From assembly GCA_000708835.1 (NCBI GenBank), contig DF237561.1:7468-53071 (forward strand): a stretch of 45,604 nt of DNA, in the 5' to 3' direction. Positions 33,289 to 44,123 of the stretch are shown here, one piece after another (position 1 is the stretch's first letter; the number at the start of each line of letters is the position of its first letter). The position numbers and the translations under genes are program-made. A model generated the notes under the pieces. It worked only from the letters and a program-made list of their open reading frames with translations. It searched no databases and was not told the DNA's origin. The stretch comes from Klebsormidium nitens (lineage: Eukaryota > Plantae > Klebsormidiophyceae).

Positions 33289-33543
33289 TAGTAGGCTCAA
33301 TTCATGTTCAACTCATAACACTCGGTTCAGCATCAGATCACTGCTAAAATACTGGTTGTTGAACAGAATTGAGAGAAGCTTCCGGAACAGCATGGATAGC
33401 GCCTGGCCCGGCGTGAAAAAAGTTAGGCCGGCTGCATGCGGCTAGTTTCATCGCTCGAGTTACCTTTGATTCGCATCTAGCGCGTATGTAGCAGTTCTGC
33501 GGTAACCCCCGGGGGTTATTTGCGTAAGTCAGGATGTTGCTTG
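33289..33543. repeat. Dispersed ~255-bp repeat, copy 2 (uninterrupted, inverted relative to copy 1)
   Basis: Reverse complement of 1051-1079 plus 1402-1641. Contains the perfect 16-bp palindrome TAACCCCCGGGGGTTA at about 33503-33518. No TIR or ORF recognised. Confidence 0.85.
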
Positions 33544-34518
33544 GATATATCTGAATGATTCGACCGTACCGGTAGGTAGGTATCCGATCATGGTCATATC
33601 CGATCGATGTCATGCCACTGATTGACATCGACGATTTCAAGCTAGGCAAATGCCAGCGGCCGCGGCAAGATCGGATTGAGAGCGAAAGTCTTCAGGCTTC
33701 ACAGCTCTGGCCCGGGCCGCCCTTCATGCAATGTAGTTCAATTGATCAGGCTTATATGCAGTGCATGTTCGAGTTGAGAGCAATCCATTGCTATAGCTTA
33801 TAGTAGCTAATCTTTTATAAACAGATTCAATACCGCGAATGCCCAAAGTACAATACGGTCACGCGCGCGGTGCATATCAGCCTGCCGCGGCCCAGCTAGG
33901 GCGGGCGGACAACGATTTGAATTCAAGGCTTGATCGATCGAGCCTATTCAAGTCCGGATCAATATTTGGATTGCAGCTAGACTCACCTCAGGCTACTTTT
34001 CAATCCTGCCCGCATTCGACTGGGTGACCATGCGCACGGCCGCGCGCGCGTCAAGTGACAGGATATGCTCGAGTTCAATACTTGGCAAGGCCTGTGTACT
34101 TGGCGTTAATTGGTCAATCATGCACGATCGACCATTCGCGACGTCCACTATCAATATTCAATGGCTGTGAACTTGAATCCGGGCCAGCTAGGCCCCGGGC
34201 AAACTTTTGAGTTCGGACCCGGCCGCCCGCGCAGAATCAGGATCCAACTATACTCCGACTCGAGTGCAGGCATCCATAGTAGCTGGTTATGCCACGACCG
34301 GCGGCGAGTCGACGAGCCCACAACATTATACGTAGAGCCGGACGTCCCAAAACGACGTAGCGCGTTTGATATAATATATCAGCATGAGACGAATTAATGG
34401 CATCATTAATGCTTCAAGGAGAGCTTTAATGAAGTGGTCGAATTACTGCCCTTTGAAAGATATCCACTCGCAGTATCTCCGACCTTAATCAGATCTTTTC
34501 AACCTGAAACGTGTCCAA

Positions 34519-37500
34519 TCAATCGTTGTTACCCTTGCTTCGTCGTCGCTCCCTCTTACCAACCGCCGTTTCCTCCTCTGGCTCCTTCCGTTTCTGCGAC
34601 CGCCCCCGTCGATTAGACCCTAACCCCTCTCCTTCCTCAACTTTTGCCCCTAACCCCTCGACAACCTCCTCCATTTTCGCCTCCAAGTTTCTCTCAAGTT
34701 TCCCCTCCCCATCCCCTTTCGGCGCGCCTGATCCTTTCTTCTCGCCAGTCGACCGCCTCGGCCGTTTCACCGTTACCTGCATATCTTTGAACTTGCTACT
34801 GGGCGTCCTGCGACGACGCACCTCCTTGGGGGCAGAATCCGCTGCTGGGCTCCCCCCCCCATTTCTGTCTGCGTCTAACCCCCCGCTTTGCAGTGCTTGT
34901 TCAATTCCCTTTGGTGCCCTTTCCAACCCGTCTTTGTCTTCAGTTTCTAGACCCGCTTCCCCAACCAGAATTTCCCCCTCCTCTGATTTGTCCACGTCGC
35001 CCGTCGTTTCGGGTTTGGTTATTGCAGCCAGACCCATCTCCGATTCATCTCTTTCTTCCCCTACTTTTTCCGGCGTTTTTCCGTCATCCTCTTCATTCTT
35101 CCCGGCGTTTCTTCCATGCCCGCTTCTGCCCTCGTCCGCCTTTCCGCAATCAATCTTCCCCCCTTGCTCTTCCGCCAACTCTTCTCTTTCACCCCCCTCT
35201 CCCTCACCTCCCCCCTCCCTCTTATCCTTCGTCTTCTTCGTCTCCTGCTCGCGCCTCCCCTCCTTCTCCCCTTCACCTGCCCCCTTTTTCTCCCCTCCCG
35301 CTCCGTCTTGCCCCTCCGCCGCCTCCTCATTTTCGTTCCCCCCCACCTCCTCCTCAGCACCGTTCACCCCCCCCTCCCCCTCAATTCCGTTTCCTCCCCC
35401 TTCCTCGTCCACAACTCCTTCGTCGTCTCGGTCCTTCAGCCGCCACAGGAACTCGATGACGTCTTTCTCGTCCCCTGGGAGCGCCGGCACCTCCCCCCGG
35501 CACGCGGGACACGCATAACGCGCACGCGCGCGCGCCTCGTCGCTCGTCTCGCAACCTTCGTGGACCTGGCGCCGACAGGCAAACGCTTGTGTTGTGTTGA
35601 GACGTCCCAGAATTTTGAGATAAGATGACCGTACCGGTTCCAAAGATCGCCGCAGAGCGGTTACCATAAGGGCAGTCGATCAGCAGTTCTCAAGAGCGAT
35701 GACAAACGACAACAGCAAGTTTCAAGGATCAACAATAGTTGTGCCGACCAAATCCCTTGATCGTTCAAAGAGTACTCTTTGGCGTCGAGAACAGAACGAC
35801 CTAGAACGACCCCGTTGTTGAAACGGTCCGCTTTTCCATCTAAGTTGTGAACTTCAGGTGGGCCGTCGCCGAGACCAGCCATAAGGGAAGCAGTACGGGT
35901 ACATTAAAGGCAACGACTCCCTATTCGAAGCAATTAGCAGTCAGACAACAATTCTGACAAGATGTGTTTCAAAAGCCCTAATTCATTAACGCTGCAATCC
36001 CTTCGAGGAACACGATCTTGCCAAATTACCACTTACGGCTCACCACGTCTTTGTCAACCATTATTCACAAAAACCTAGATATTACAACGAAGTAACAATG
36101 TCTCCAAACATGGAACGGACCGGACAAACCGTACACTCAGAATTAAACTACAATTGTAGGGCCGAGCTCAGGCCCGGTCACCCTTTGGGCGCTCTCTCAG
36201 AATGAGGCTGACATCAGCAACTTGCAGAATCGGACGGCCAGTGCTTCACACTCAAATCTCCATTACTGAGTGGGATGGAAAGTTATTTTGAAGGAGGAAG
36301 CCGTACCCTCACGTTCAATAATACTAGCGGCTCTAGCGGGCCTCGAACCCCTCAACTGCGGTCGAAGAAAGAAGACAGACACAAGGGGAAGAAACCCAAT
36401 TTGCAAAGTAGCTCTTACCTGATGCCCGCAAGTGGCGCACGCGCTCAAGAGGCCCAGCTCGGAGTTACGGTAGACTTTGTAACACACGGGGCAGTACTTG
36501 TCTTTGAGCCACAGTCGCCCACATGCGTCGCAAAGCAGGTGACCCAAGTACCACTTCCTGCGAACGAAGGATCGACATTGGGTCAACCTAACTGGGTTTC
36601 TGCTGGTTGTAGGTAGGCGCCCCAAAAACTTACCTCTGATCCCGGTGTCAGGCACCAGCGTTTTGCAGGTACAGTCCTCCGTCGCTGAAAGCACAATCTT
36701 TCTTGATGCAGACCACCCACTCTTCAGGATCAAGTCGACCAGAACAAGCTTCGTAAGTAGGTGGCCGATTTCAGATAACTAAACGACCAGCACAAGTTCG
36801 TGATGAGAAGGCGATAACACCGATTTTTACATTCGAAACGACCAGAACAAAGCTAGTGAAAAGAAGGCCGATCTCCAATCTTTAGAATCAGAAGAAAGAT
36901 AGCCAGATTCGTGATAAGAGGGTCAGCTACCGTTTCTTAGGATCGAAACAACTAGATCACGATACCTGATAAAGAGGGTCAAGCTCACCTGCTAGTTCCG
37001 AAGCGGGCCAGTCACTTACCGCAGCTGCATTTGATGGAAATCATTTGATGGAAATCACCAACTCATTTGATGCACACACTTCCCAATTTCAGTTTTCACC
37101 AGATGGGGTTTTCAAAGTTCAAGTCACAACAGAAAGATGTCTCGTAATAGGAACGATTCCACAAAAAGCTCACCCGCTGATTCCGGTGCCAGGCACTCGC
37201 GTCCCGCAGCTACGGCACTCGACGTGATCCGCGCACAGAAACGGCCCGACGACTTTCCGCAGGAGCCCCGCGCAGCGCTGATGGTACATGATGTCACACC
37301 GCTTGCAGACAATCAGGCGGTCGAGCTCCTCGTGCGTGCCGGGGAGCCCACAGCCGGTACAAAGCCTGGTTGAAACATGGGAATTTATTGGTTACTCATA
37401 TTCTGGCCACAGCGAGCGCACAGCATAGTTGGGGACAGGGGAGGGGAGGTGTCAGTTGACTCAGGTTACAGAATGACCAAGATCATTAACTGGGTGCTCT

Positions 37501-38725
37501 AGCTTGCTTGGTGGGCACCTACCCGTGGCAGAAAGCCTGGGGGGGAGAAAGAAAAGGTTTGGGTTAGCACCCTGGGTTTGGGCGCACCAGCCGGTCAGCC
37601 AAGCAAGTCCAAATGGGGCAAAGCTTTTTGAAAGTCAAGAGTGTCTCTCCTCAAGAGCTGATCTAAATTGTGCAGCTTGGCTGTTTCAGGTTAGCGGTCA
37701 CCAGCTGTGCCACTTGAGGGAACTGGATGTTGACTAACTGCCAAACCCAATATAAACCCCACGAAGGGGAATCCATGATGACCTCAAGTTTGAGTGTGCT
37801 GCCCCGCCAATAACAACCTCCCATATCAGCCAACATGAAGATAATCAGATCTTGGATCCTGAAACTGCCTTATTGCTGGCGGAAGGAGGCAGGGATTGCT
37901 GGTCTTTTGCTGGAACCGAATACTGGTGGCTCTGGCAATTAAAGATTTGACGACCCGATGCATTCGCTCGTGGTGCCTTGAGGCACCCGCAGTGCCATTG
38001 TTTCACTTCTTACAAACATGGGGATTCACCACCTGCCTTGAGTCGACCACCTTTCTTGCCGGCTCCAAAAGTTAAGAGCTCCGTTCGCAGCTGTGTTCAT
38101 AACCTTGTTCACGAAACAAATCAGTATTAACCCACCTGCAATAGGGGCAGACAAAGTCCGCCCACTCAAAGTGGTCCCGATACTTTGCCCACTGGGCCTT
38201 GATGCACTCCACATGAAAGTCTTTGCTGCATTTACTGCACACAATCATTGCAACCTCCTCTTCCCCCTCGCCCAAACACCAGCCGCACTTCCCCCCGCTT
38301 TGCTTGACCAACCCTGCATCAGGCTCCCCAATCTCCCCTCCTTTCTCGCTCTTCAGCGGCCTGCGGCCCTCCGTTGCCTCGGCCGGAATCCTCTCGTTCC
38401 TAGTTGCTGCCACTCGCTCCTGTTCCCGTCTCCTCGCAAACGCGGCAGGGGGAGGCAAAGCCGGCCCCTGTTCTGCAGGAGGATCCTTCCTCGCCCCCCC
38501 TTTGTGCTTCCGGCTCTCGTCAAAGTAGTCCAGCGGGCGAAGGCGGGCTCCCCCGTGAGTCCCCAGAATTGGCACCAGAATTTCAATGGAGGTGGACTCT
38601 CGCACGAAGTCCTGGGGACGAGCAAACATGGCTTGCACCTCGGCAGGTGAGAACGGGGCGCCACTGCCGGCAAGGCAACGGCAGATTGCCTGCAGAGTGA
38701 AGGGGCAGGCTACGTGGAAAGCCAT
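34519..38725 (-). CDS. Multi-PHD-finger protein (plant At3g08020-like, related to the KMT2C/D PHD cluster), about 655 aa, 4 exons
   Basis: Exons 38136-38725, 37174-37365, 36419-36557, 34519-35565 (1968 nt, in frame, GT-AG). N-terminal MAFHVACP..CRC motif. Cys/His zinc fingers CGWC...CSKC..FH.EC...CPYC, CTGC...CKRC..YH..C...C..H..C.SC, CDACGRL...YCPVC.KVY...C..C...VH..C...Y.CPAC. Long E/G/K-rich tail. Family call is from recalled plant homologues. Confidence 0.88.
36728..36990. repeat. Degenerate intronic minisatellite, about 50-60 bp x about 5
   Basis: Recurrent (G)AAACGACCAG(A/C)ACAAG..TCGTGAT(A/G)AG(A/G)(A/G)GG units. Confidence 0.55.
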
Positions 38726-38840
38726 GGCGGCCGCCTATTTTCCGCTAGGCCCAGCTAGATCCTTCTTCTACAGCGCCTGAATGGCGCCTGGAAGCAAAGA
38801 GCCTCAAGTACCGGTACTCAGGTACTGTAACGGCCTTTTC

Positions 38841-39354
38841 ACAAGAGGACAGTTTGACGACAGTTTATAAACCGGGGCGTTTCAGAGCCCCAGTTCTGCG
38901 ACAATCCGGTGCCACGTAGGATTTTGGAAGATTTTGCGAACTGTCGCCAAATTGACGTCAAACTGTCGCTAGGGGCAAAAAACTGTCCGGGCTGAAAAGG
39001 CCGGAGAGTTTGACGTCGTCCGTATTTGAAGGAAGGTGTTGGTTCGACGCCGTCCGATCTCCAACAAAATCAGTAATTTGTTAGCATCGACGGCTTCTGG
39101 AGCGCCGTCGGTAAGTACTGGATCATTGGTACGGTGCAGTACACATCCTGTACCAGATTCTGGGAAACTGGGGTAAAATCGGGGCAACCCGCTTTCAGAG
39201 GGCGACAGTTCCGATACTGGAAATATAGTTCACGTGGCTGCTGACAAAGCAGCAGCAACGAATCCTGTGGTGCCAACTGGTCTGGGTCAAACTGTCGTCA
39301 AACTGGGGTCAAACTGTCGCAAAGTTTGCGGCAAACATCAAACTGTCCTCTTGT
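38841..39354. mobile_element. Non-autonomous DNA transposon (514 bp) with 17-bp TIRs and subterminal repeats
   Basis: ACAAGAGGACAGTTTGA (38841-38857) is the exact inverse of TCAAACTGTCCTCTTGT (39338-39354). Many internal AAACTGTC(G) / (C)GACAGTT motifs. No convincing TSD and no ORF. Confidence 0.75.
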
Positions 39355-39928
39355 ACACATTAATTTCTGTTGGCAGCGATGCCTTCTTTTCGTGTTTTAG
39401 GGTTCTTTTGGTCAAGCGATTAATTCCTAGCTAGAGCCTGGCGCGCAGGGTTTACGGCAGGGTTTGCAGCTAGCAGGGTTTATCCGGAGGGTTTGCCAGT
39501 TCAAACTTTCAAATCTCCCGCCAAATTTTGGCCAAGCTCAGCTTAATTCAGGTTTTAGGGTTGAACTTTCATAGACGAAACAGGAGCCTTGAGCAGCTGT
39601 GCAGCCCTCCCGCTATCTGCATTCCCTCTGCATTGCTGATCAGCCTCGATTAAAGGCAGAGCGGTTTAGAAAACACTGTTTGAGCAGCTCGGGCCAGTCG
39701 GGCAGCTTATGCAACAGATCCACGATCACGCTAGTGTGCAAAGAAACGAGGTCTGCTTAGCTGCCCTGATCATCTTTGATTGACTCTCCTAATTCCCCCG
39801 CTAGTCTAGTGCAGCGTTTGTCAGACGTTCAGCAACCGGCTGCTTCTGAGCGTGGTCTTTCTAGGACGCCAGAGTTGGCCTCCCTTCCAACATTTCACGT
39901 TGGCTTCGGGTGTCTTCTAAAGTTCAGG

Positions 39929-42761
39929 ATGTATCCTGGCCCCGGGCAGACTGCTGCAAAAGCCATGGGGTTCAATCATATGTCAAGCACCTTTGAGGCT
40001 CAGATGATGGCGGGGCACTTGAGGCCTTCGCAATTCAATCTTAATCTAGAGGATCTGTGGCGGAAACTGCAGGTGCGGCATGTTTTAGTCATCAAGAAAC
40101 CATGTTTCTGGCTGCTTCAATAGGTGGCCGTCTGCCAATGGTGTAGAAAGAGTTCCCAGCTAAAACAGGCCTACTCTCATGATGCTTAGTAGGGCTCATC
40201 AAGCAGACACATACCTTGGAGTCTTGCCCCCGCCCCATCGTATCGCCTTGTAGTCTCCAGAATTCAAGAATATCAAACTTGGACATTCTGCGGGATTTGA
40301 AACTTTGCTTCAACCTTCTCTGGCTTGGCTGTCGCAGCTCTTATGTCTTGGACAGACCTTCTACTTTGATATCACCCACCGTTAAGGTCAAGACCTGTTC
40401 GGCTCAGTCGTCTACCTTTTGAGACGGTCCTGCTGGACTTTTTCTTACAATAGCGCACTCACCTCTGTCTGCTAACTGGATACTTTCATCTTTCCTGCAG
40501 CGCTTAAAGGCCCAGTACTTGGACCTACTTGATGAAGTCAGGCGGCAGATCGCCAACAGAGCTGCAAGTGGAAACCAAGGCGAGCAGGAGCGTGATAGGA
40601 ACCTGAAGATGCTCAGGGGTGCTGACAGAGCTGTGGCTATGCTGCTGGCTCGAGACCCGGGCCATGCGAGGTCTATCTTTCAGAACTTTGGGAAAAGTGT
40701 GGAGGGGTTTGAGCAGGAGGTCTGCTCGCTGATGTCATACTGGCTGAAGGCCGCGCCTCAGGCGATGGTGAGTATTCTCTGGAGAGGTGTACACGACTGG
40801 CAAAATAAGGAGACTTCTCTTTGAGTTGCTGCTCTGCGAAGACTGTCGATAATTGCACTAGAGGCAACACTGTTCCCGCAACTGATCAGCCACTTGATTG
40901 CTGAACCTCTGAATTCTGCTGTCCAGAGGAAGCCTAAATGCTCAAAGAAACTTACGCCAACATTGTGCAAAAGCTCCCCAGAGCCCAGGTGCATAATGAC
41001 TGTGTCCCACATGGGACTGCATTCAGAAGGTGGAGTAAGCCAACTCCCTGCTGAACGATCAGACCATGGCTATGCAGGGGCCAAGCAACCGAGTGCGAGC
41101 CATGCCACCTGGAGCTTTGGCACCGCACCTGGAAGCGGAACGGTTGTGGCACCATCTGCAGGTAGGTTCAAAAGCTGAGGATCTGGAATTCGAACGCACT
41201 TGCCAAGGGCCTAGTTTGTGTATTGATACTTGCGGACGTTCAGCAGAGAATATACGCATTAAAGCACTCCTCTGAGACACGTTTGGTAAAGGTACCAAGC
41301 AACTGCTTTTACGGGTCTGTCGAGAGGGTGAACACATGCTCCATCATCTCTGGATGGAAACACTTTCCTCCATATCACCCGCTCTTCCCTTTCAGTGAGA
41401 TTTGCGCAAGGAAAGGCTCAGGAGAAGAGCACTTGGCTATTCGAAGCATTTAGGACAATCCGCACCAAGGTCGAAACGCCTGGGTGCAAACCATTTTCGA
41501 AGGTTGTGGTAACACTGTCTGTTGACTTCGATGTTGACAGCTCAGCCTCCTGTGTCTGTGATCTACCTGTGGTGACTTTATACCTGAGGCAAATATTGCT
41601 CCTACTGGTGCTAACAGGATTAAAACCGCGGGTTCAGATCCAGATCTCATGCAATTTCTCAACAGACCGCTTTCATTGAGGGTCGCGACTCGCTTCGACG
41701 AGATTGCATAAGAATCAATATGGTCACCAAGAAGTGGCCAGATTGGGGTTCGACAACATTCTCCTTTGAAAGTTTTTTTTTTTTTTCCAAATTAAATTTT
41801 TAAGCGGAACCCTGACGACCTCTTCACGAATATAGAAGCCCACGTAAACTCGATGCTTACCTAAGTCTAAACCTGCCTCCCCGCAGCACCTATTGACCAG
41901 ATACCTGGAGCCCTTAACCAAGGTTAACGGGGAGGTTAAGGCAGCGGCAGCGGCTGCAAGCGAGAGCGATCCGGGTCAAGAAAGGGCTTTGAAGTCCTTC
42001 AAGGTGATCACAGAAAGAATGCTGGAGACAATTATGGCGGCGGATCCGGATCAGGCAATGGCGCTGCGGCGCAACTTTCCAAAAGGGCTGGACGTCTTTG
42101 AACAGCAGGTGGAAGCGCTGCTGTCGACATGGGAGAAGAGGAAGAGACAAGGCGTCAAGTCACGAACGGTGAGCGGTTTTGAGAGTTACAGCCTGAATTG
42201 TGGAGTAGGCATTAGGAAGTGACATTCGACAAGTGCCTTCGGATTTGAGTGAGCGACAAAACGAGGAAGGAAAGCTTTCGAAGTTGGAGGATAGGCCTAT
42301 GAAAGCGGGTCGGAGTTAAGAGTGATCGTCCTTGCAACGGCTTGTAATGGCGAACCATTCGAACGACAACCGATTAATTTCATAGTGCTTCTTTCTTATT
42401 ATTGAATTCATGAAACAGCCGTGAATGGCGAAGGTGGCAGCGCTCAAGACGAGACACGACCCTTAGGAGCCGTTATCGCATGCAAGTATTGTCTGACTTC
42501 TGCTTGCAGACGGTTGAGGATCTGAGCGTGTGTGCAATCTGCGAAGAGGAGTGGGGACCCGAGCGACGAAGGACAGCTATCATCCCCCGTCAGGAATTCA
42601 CTTGTGGGCATGCCCTCTATTGTAGTAAATGCTTGGATTCGTTCTTCAGAAGCATGCGTGAGAAGGTGAGGGTAGGCGCCCCAGTCGCTTATCACTGCCC
42701 GAGCTACTGTGACTTGGGACCAGAGCTGCCGAGGTTGGTACGGATACACATAGGTGGATAA
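39929..42761 (+). CDS. Putative RING-finger E3 ligase with two tandem MED15-like helical modules
   Basis: Exons 39929-40072, 40501-40767, about 41063-41161 (acceptor uncertain), 41887-42168, 42510-42761, all phase 0. C-terminal CAIC...CGHALYCSKC...CPSYC RING pattern. Modules LWRKLQ|RLKAQYL...FEQEVCSLMSYW and LWHHLQ|HLLTRYL...FEQQVEALLSTW. The start and the link between modules are uncertain; this could be two genes. Confidence 0.6.
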
Positions 42762-44123
42762 AAATGAAAATAATCGACTATAAACATTGGTACTTATGGA
42801 AGAAGCGAGTTGTTGACTCACTCTCTGGAAGCCAGGGGAAGGTAAGCGTGTATGCCAACAGAAGCTGTGGACGGACTGTTACTCAGCTGCAAACTTACCT
42901 AGTAGGCGATTGCAGGGCGCATATCGCTCATTACCACTGTACATTCTGTATATTTAAGCATTACGTGCCAGGTCTCAAGCTGAGGGCTGGAATATACATG
43001 TAACCGTGCTGTCCACCTCGATTGAATGTTGTTTCAGCCTTCTTAGATTCATTGTGACTCTCACGGGTTCAGCGAACCAACTTGCAATATCTAACAAGTA
43101 TACATACCAGATGGTCGATTGAGAGCGAACGTGCATCAAATGGTGAGGCGTTTGGAGTTAACAAACCCTTTCGATCACCCAAAATATCGGAATTGTGTGC
43201 AATGTTATGTGATGCCAGAAGTTGTTACCCATCGAGAGATCATTTCATATGATAATGACTCTGAGTCACCAGACCAGTGGGCTCTCTTGCCATGCGCGTG
43301 CACATGCAGGCCAACTTGAACCTGATCGGATTCAATTGCGAGTCAGGCCAGTTTGTAGACGTATACGCAAGCTTGGATCAATAGCAATAAGAAACTTCAA
43401 TCGAATCGCGAGTTGGACGAATAAAGAAGCATAACGACCAACTAATTCCAGCACTCGTTGGATGTACGACGGTACATCAATATTCATTCATCAAAGATAT
43501 GCTACGTGCGGCGAGCATGAACCGTCAAAGCTTTCCCTTCAGGCTTTCAAGTTTTAAGAATGCAAGCGGGTCGGTATCCCGAGTAGGTACGTGTAGGACT
43601 CACCGTACAATTCCTTGAGAAGATCATGGACATGACGACACGCGTGGAAGTCTCCGCCAGGCGCGCGCCGCCCAGGGAGCCCGGGGCTACTATATCGAAG
43701 CGCGGCCGCCCCGCTGGCCCGGCCGCGCACTCGGGGTGGCGGCGGCCGCCCGCGCCAACCCCCCATTAGCTCGGCTGCAACAGCTGCTCAATATTGCTGA
43801 AAGTTGCAATTGCTGACGAGGCCCAAGTCGCTTAGTGCTCAAGGTGGACAATTGCAGCGGTGCAGCCCTCAGTGCTTTGAAGTGCTTGATCAGCTGAACA
43901 CAGAAGCGCTTTCAAGTTTTGATCACGTTTAAGCTTAAAGTAGGCTCCATGAGTCGCGGTGGTTCAGGCTTCGAAGCTTCTCGAAACGAAAGTTGTTCTC
44001 TTGTTCAGAGACCAGTGATTGCGGAAGCTCTGAAGCAGCTGACTCTTTCCTACGTAACCGTGCTTTTTGGGCGAGCACAACTTTGTGGAGCGACAAGAAG
44101 TAGTGTTGCTTAGACTGTCAGCC

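Noticed and set aside
34511-35628. Long Ser/Pro/Leu-rich plus-strand ORFs (34511-35518, 34893-35459, 35116-35628)
   Set aside because: Antisense shadows of the purine-rich last PHD exon; composition is the exact complement and no domain is seen.
43100-43770. Small ORFs (43119-43319 plus; 43554-43766 minus) and a minus-strand GTGAGT donor at about 43603
   Set aside because: No family motif, and I could not build a consistent exon chain; more likely GC-rich promoter or repeat sequence.
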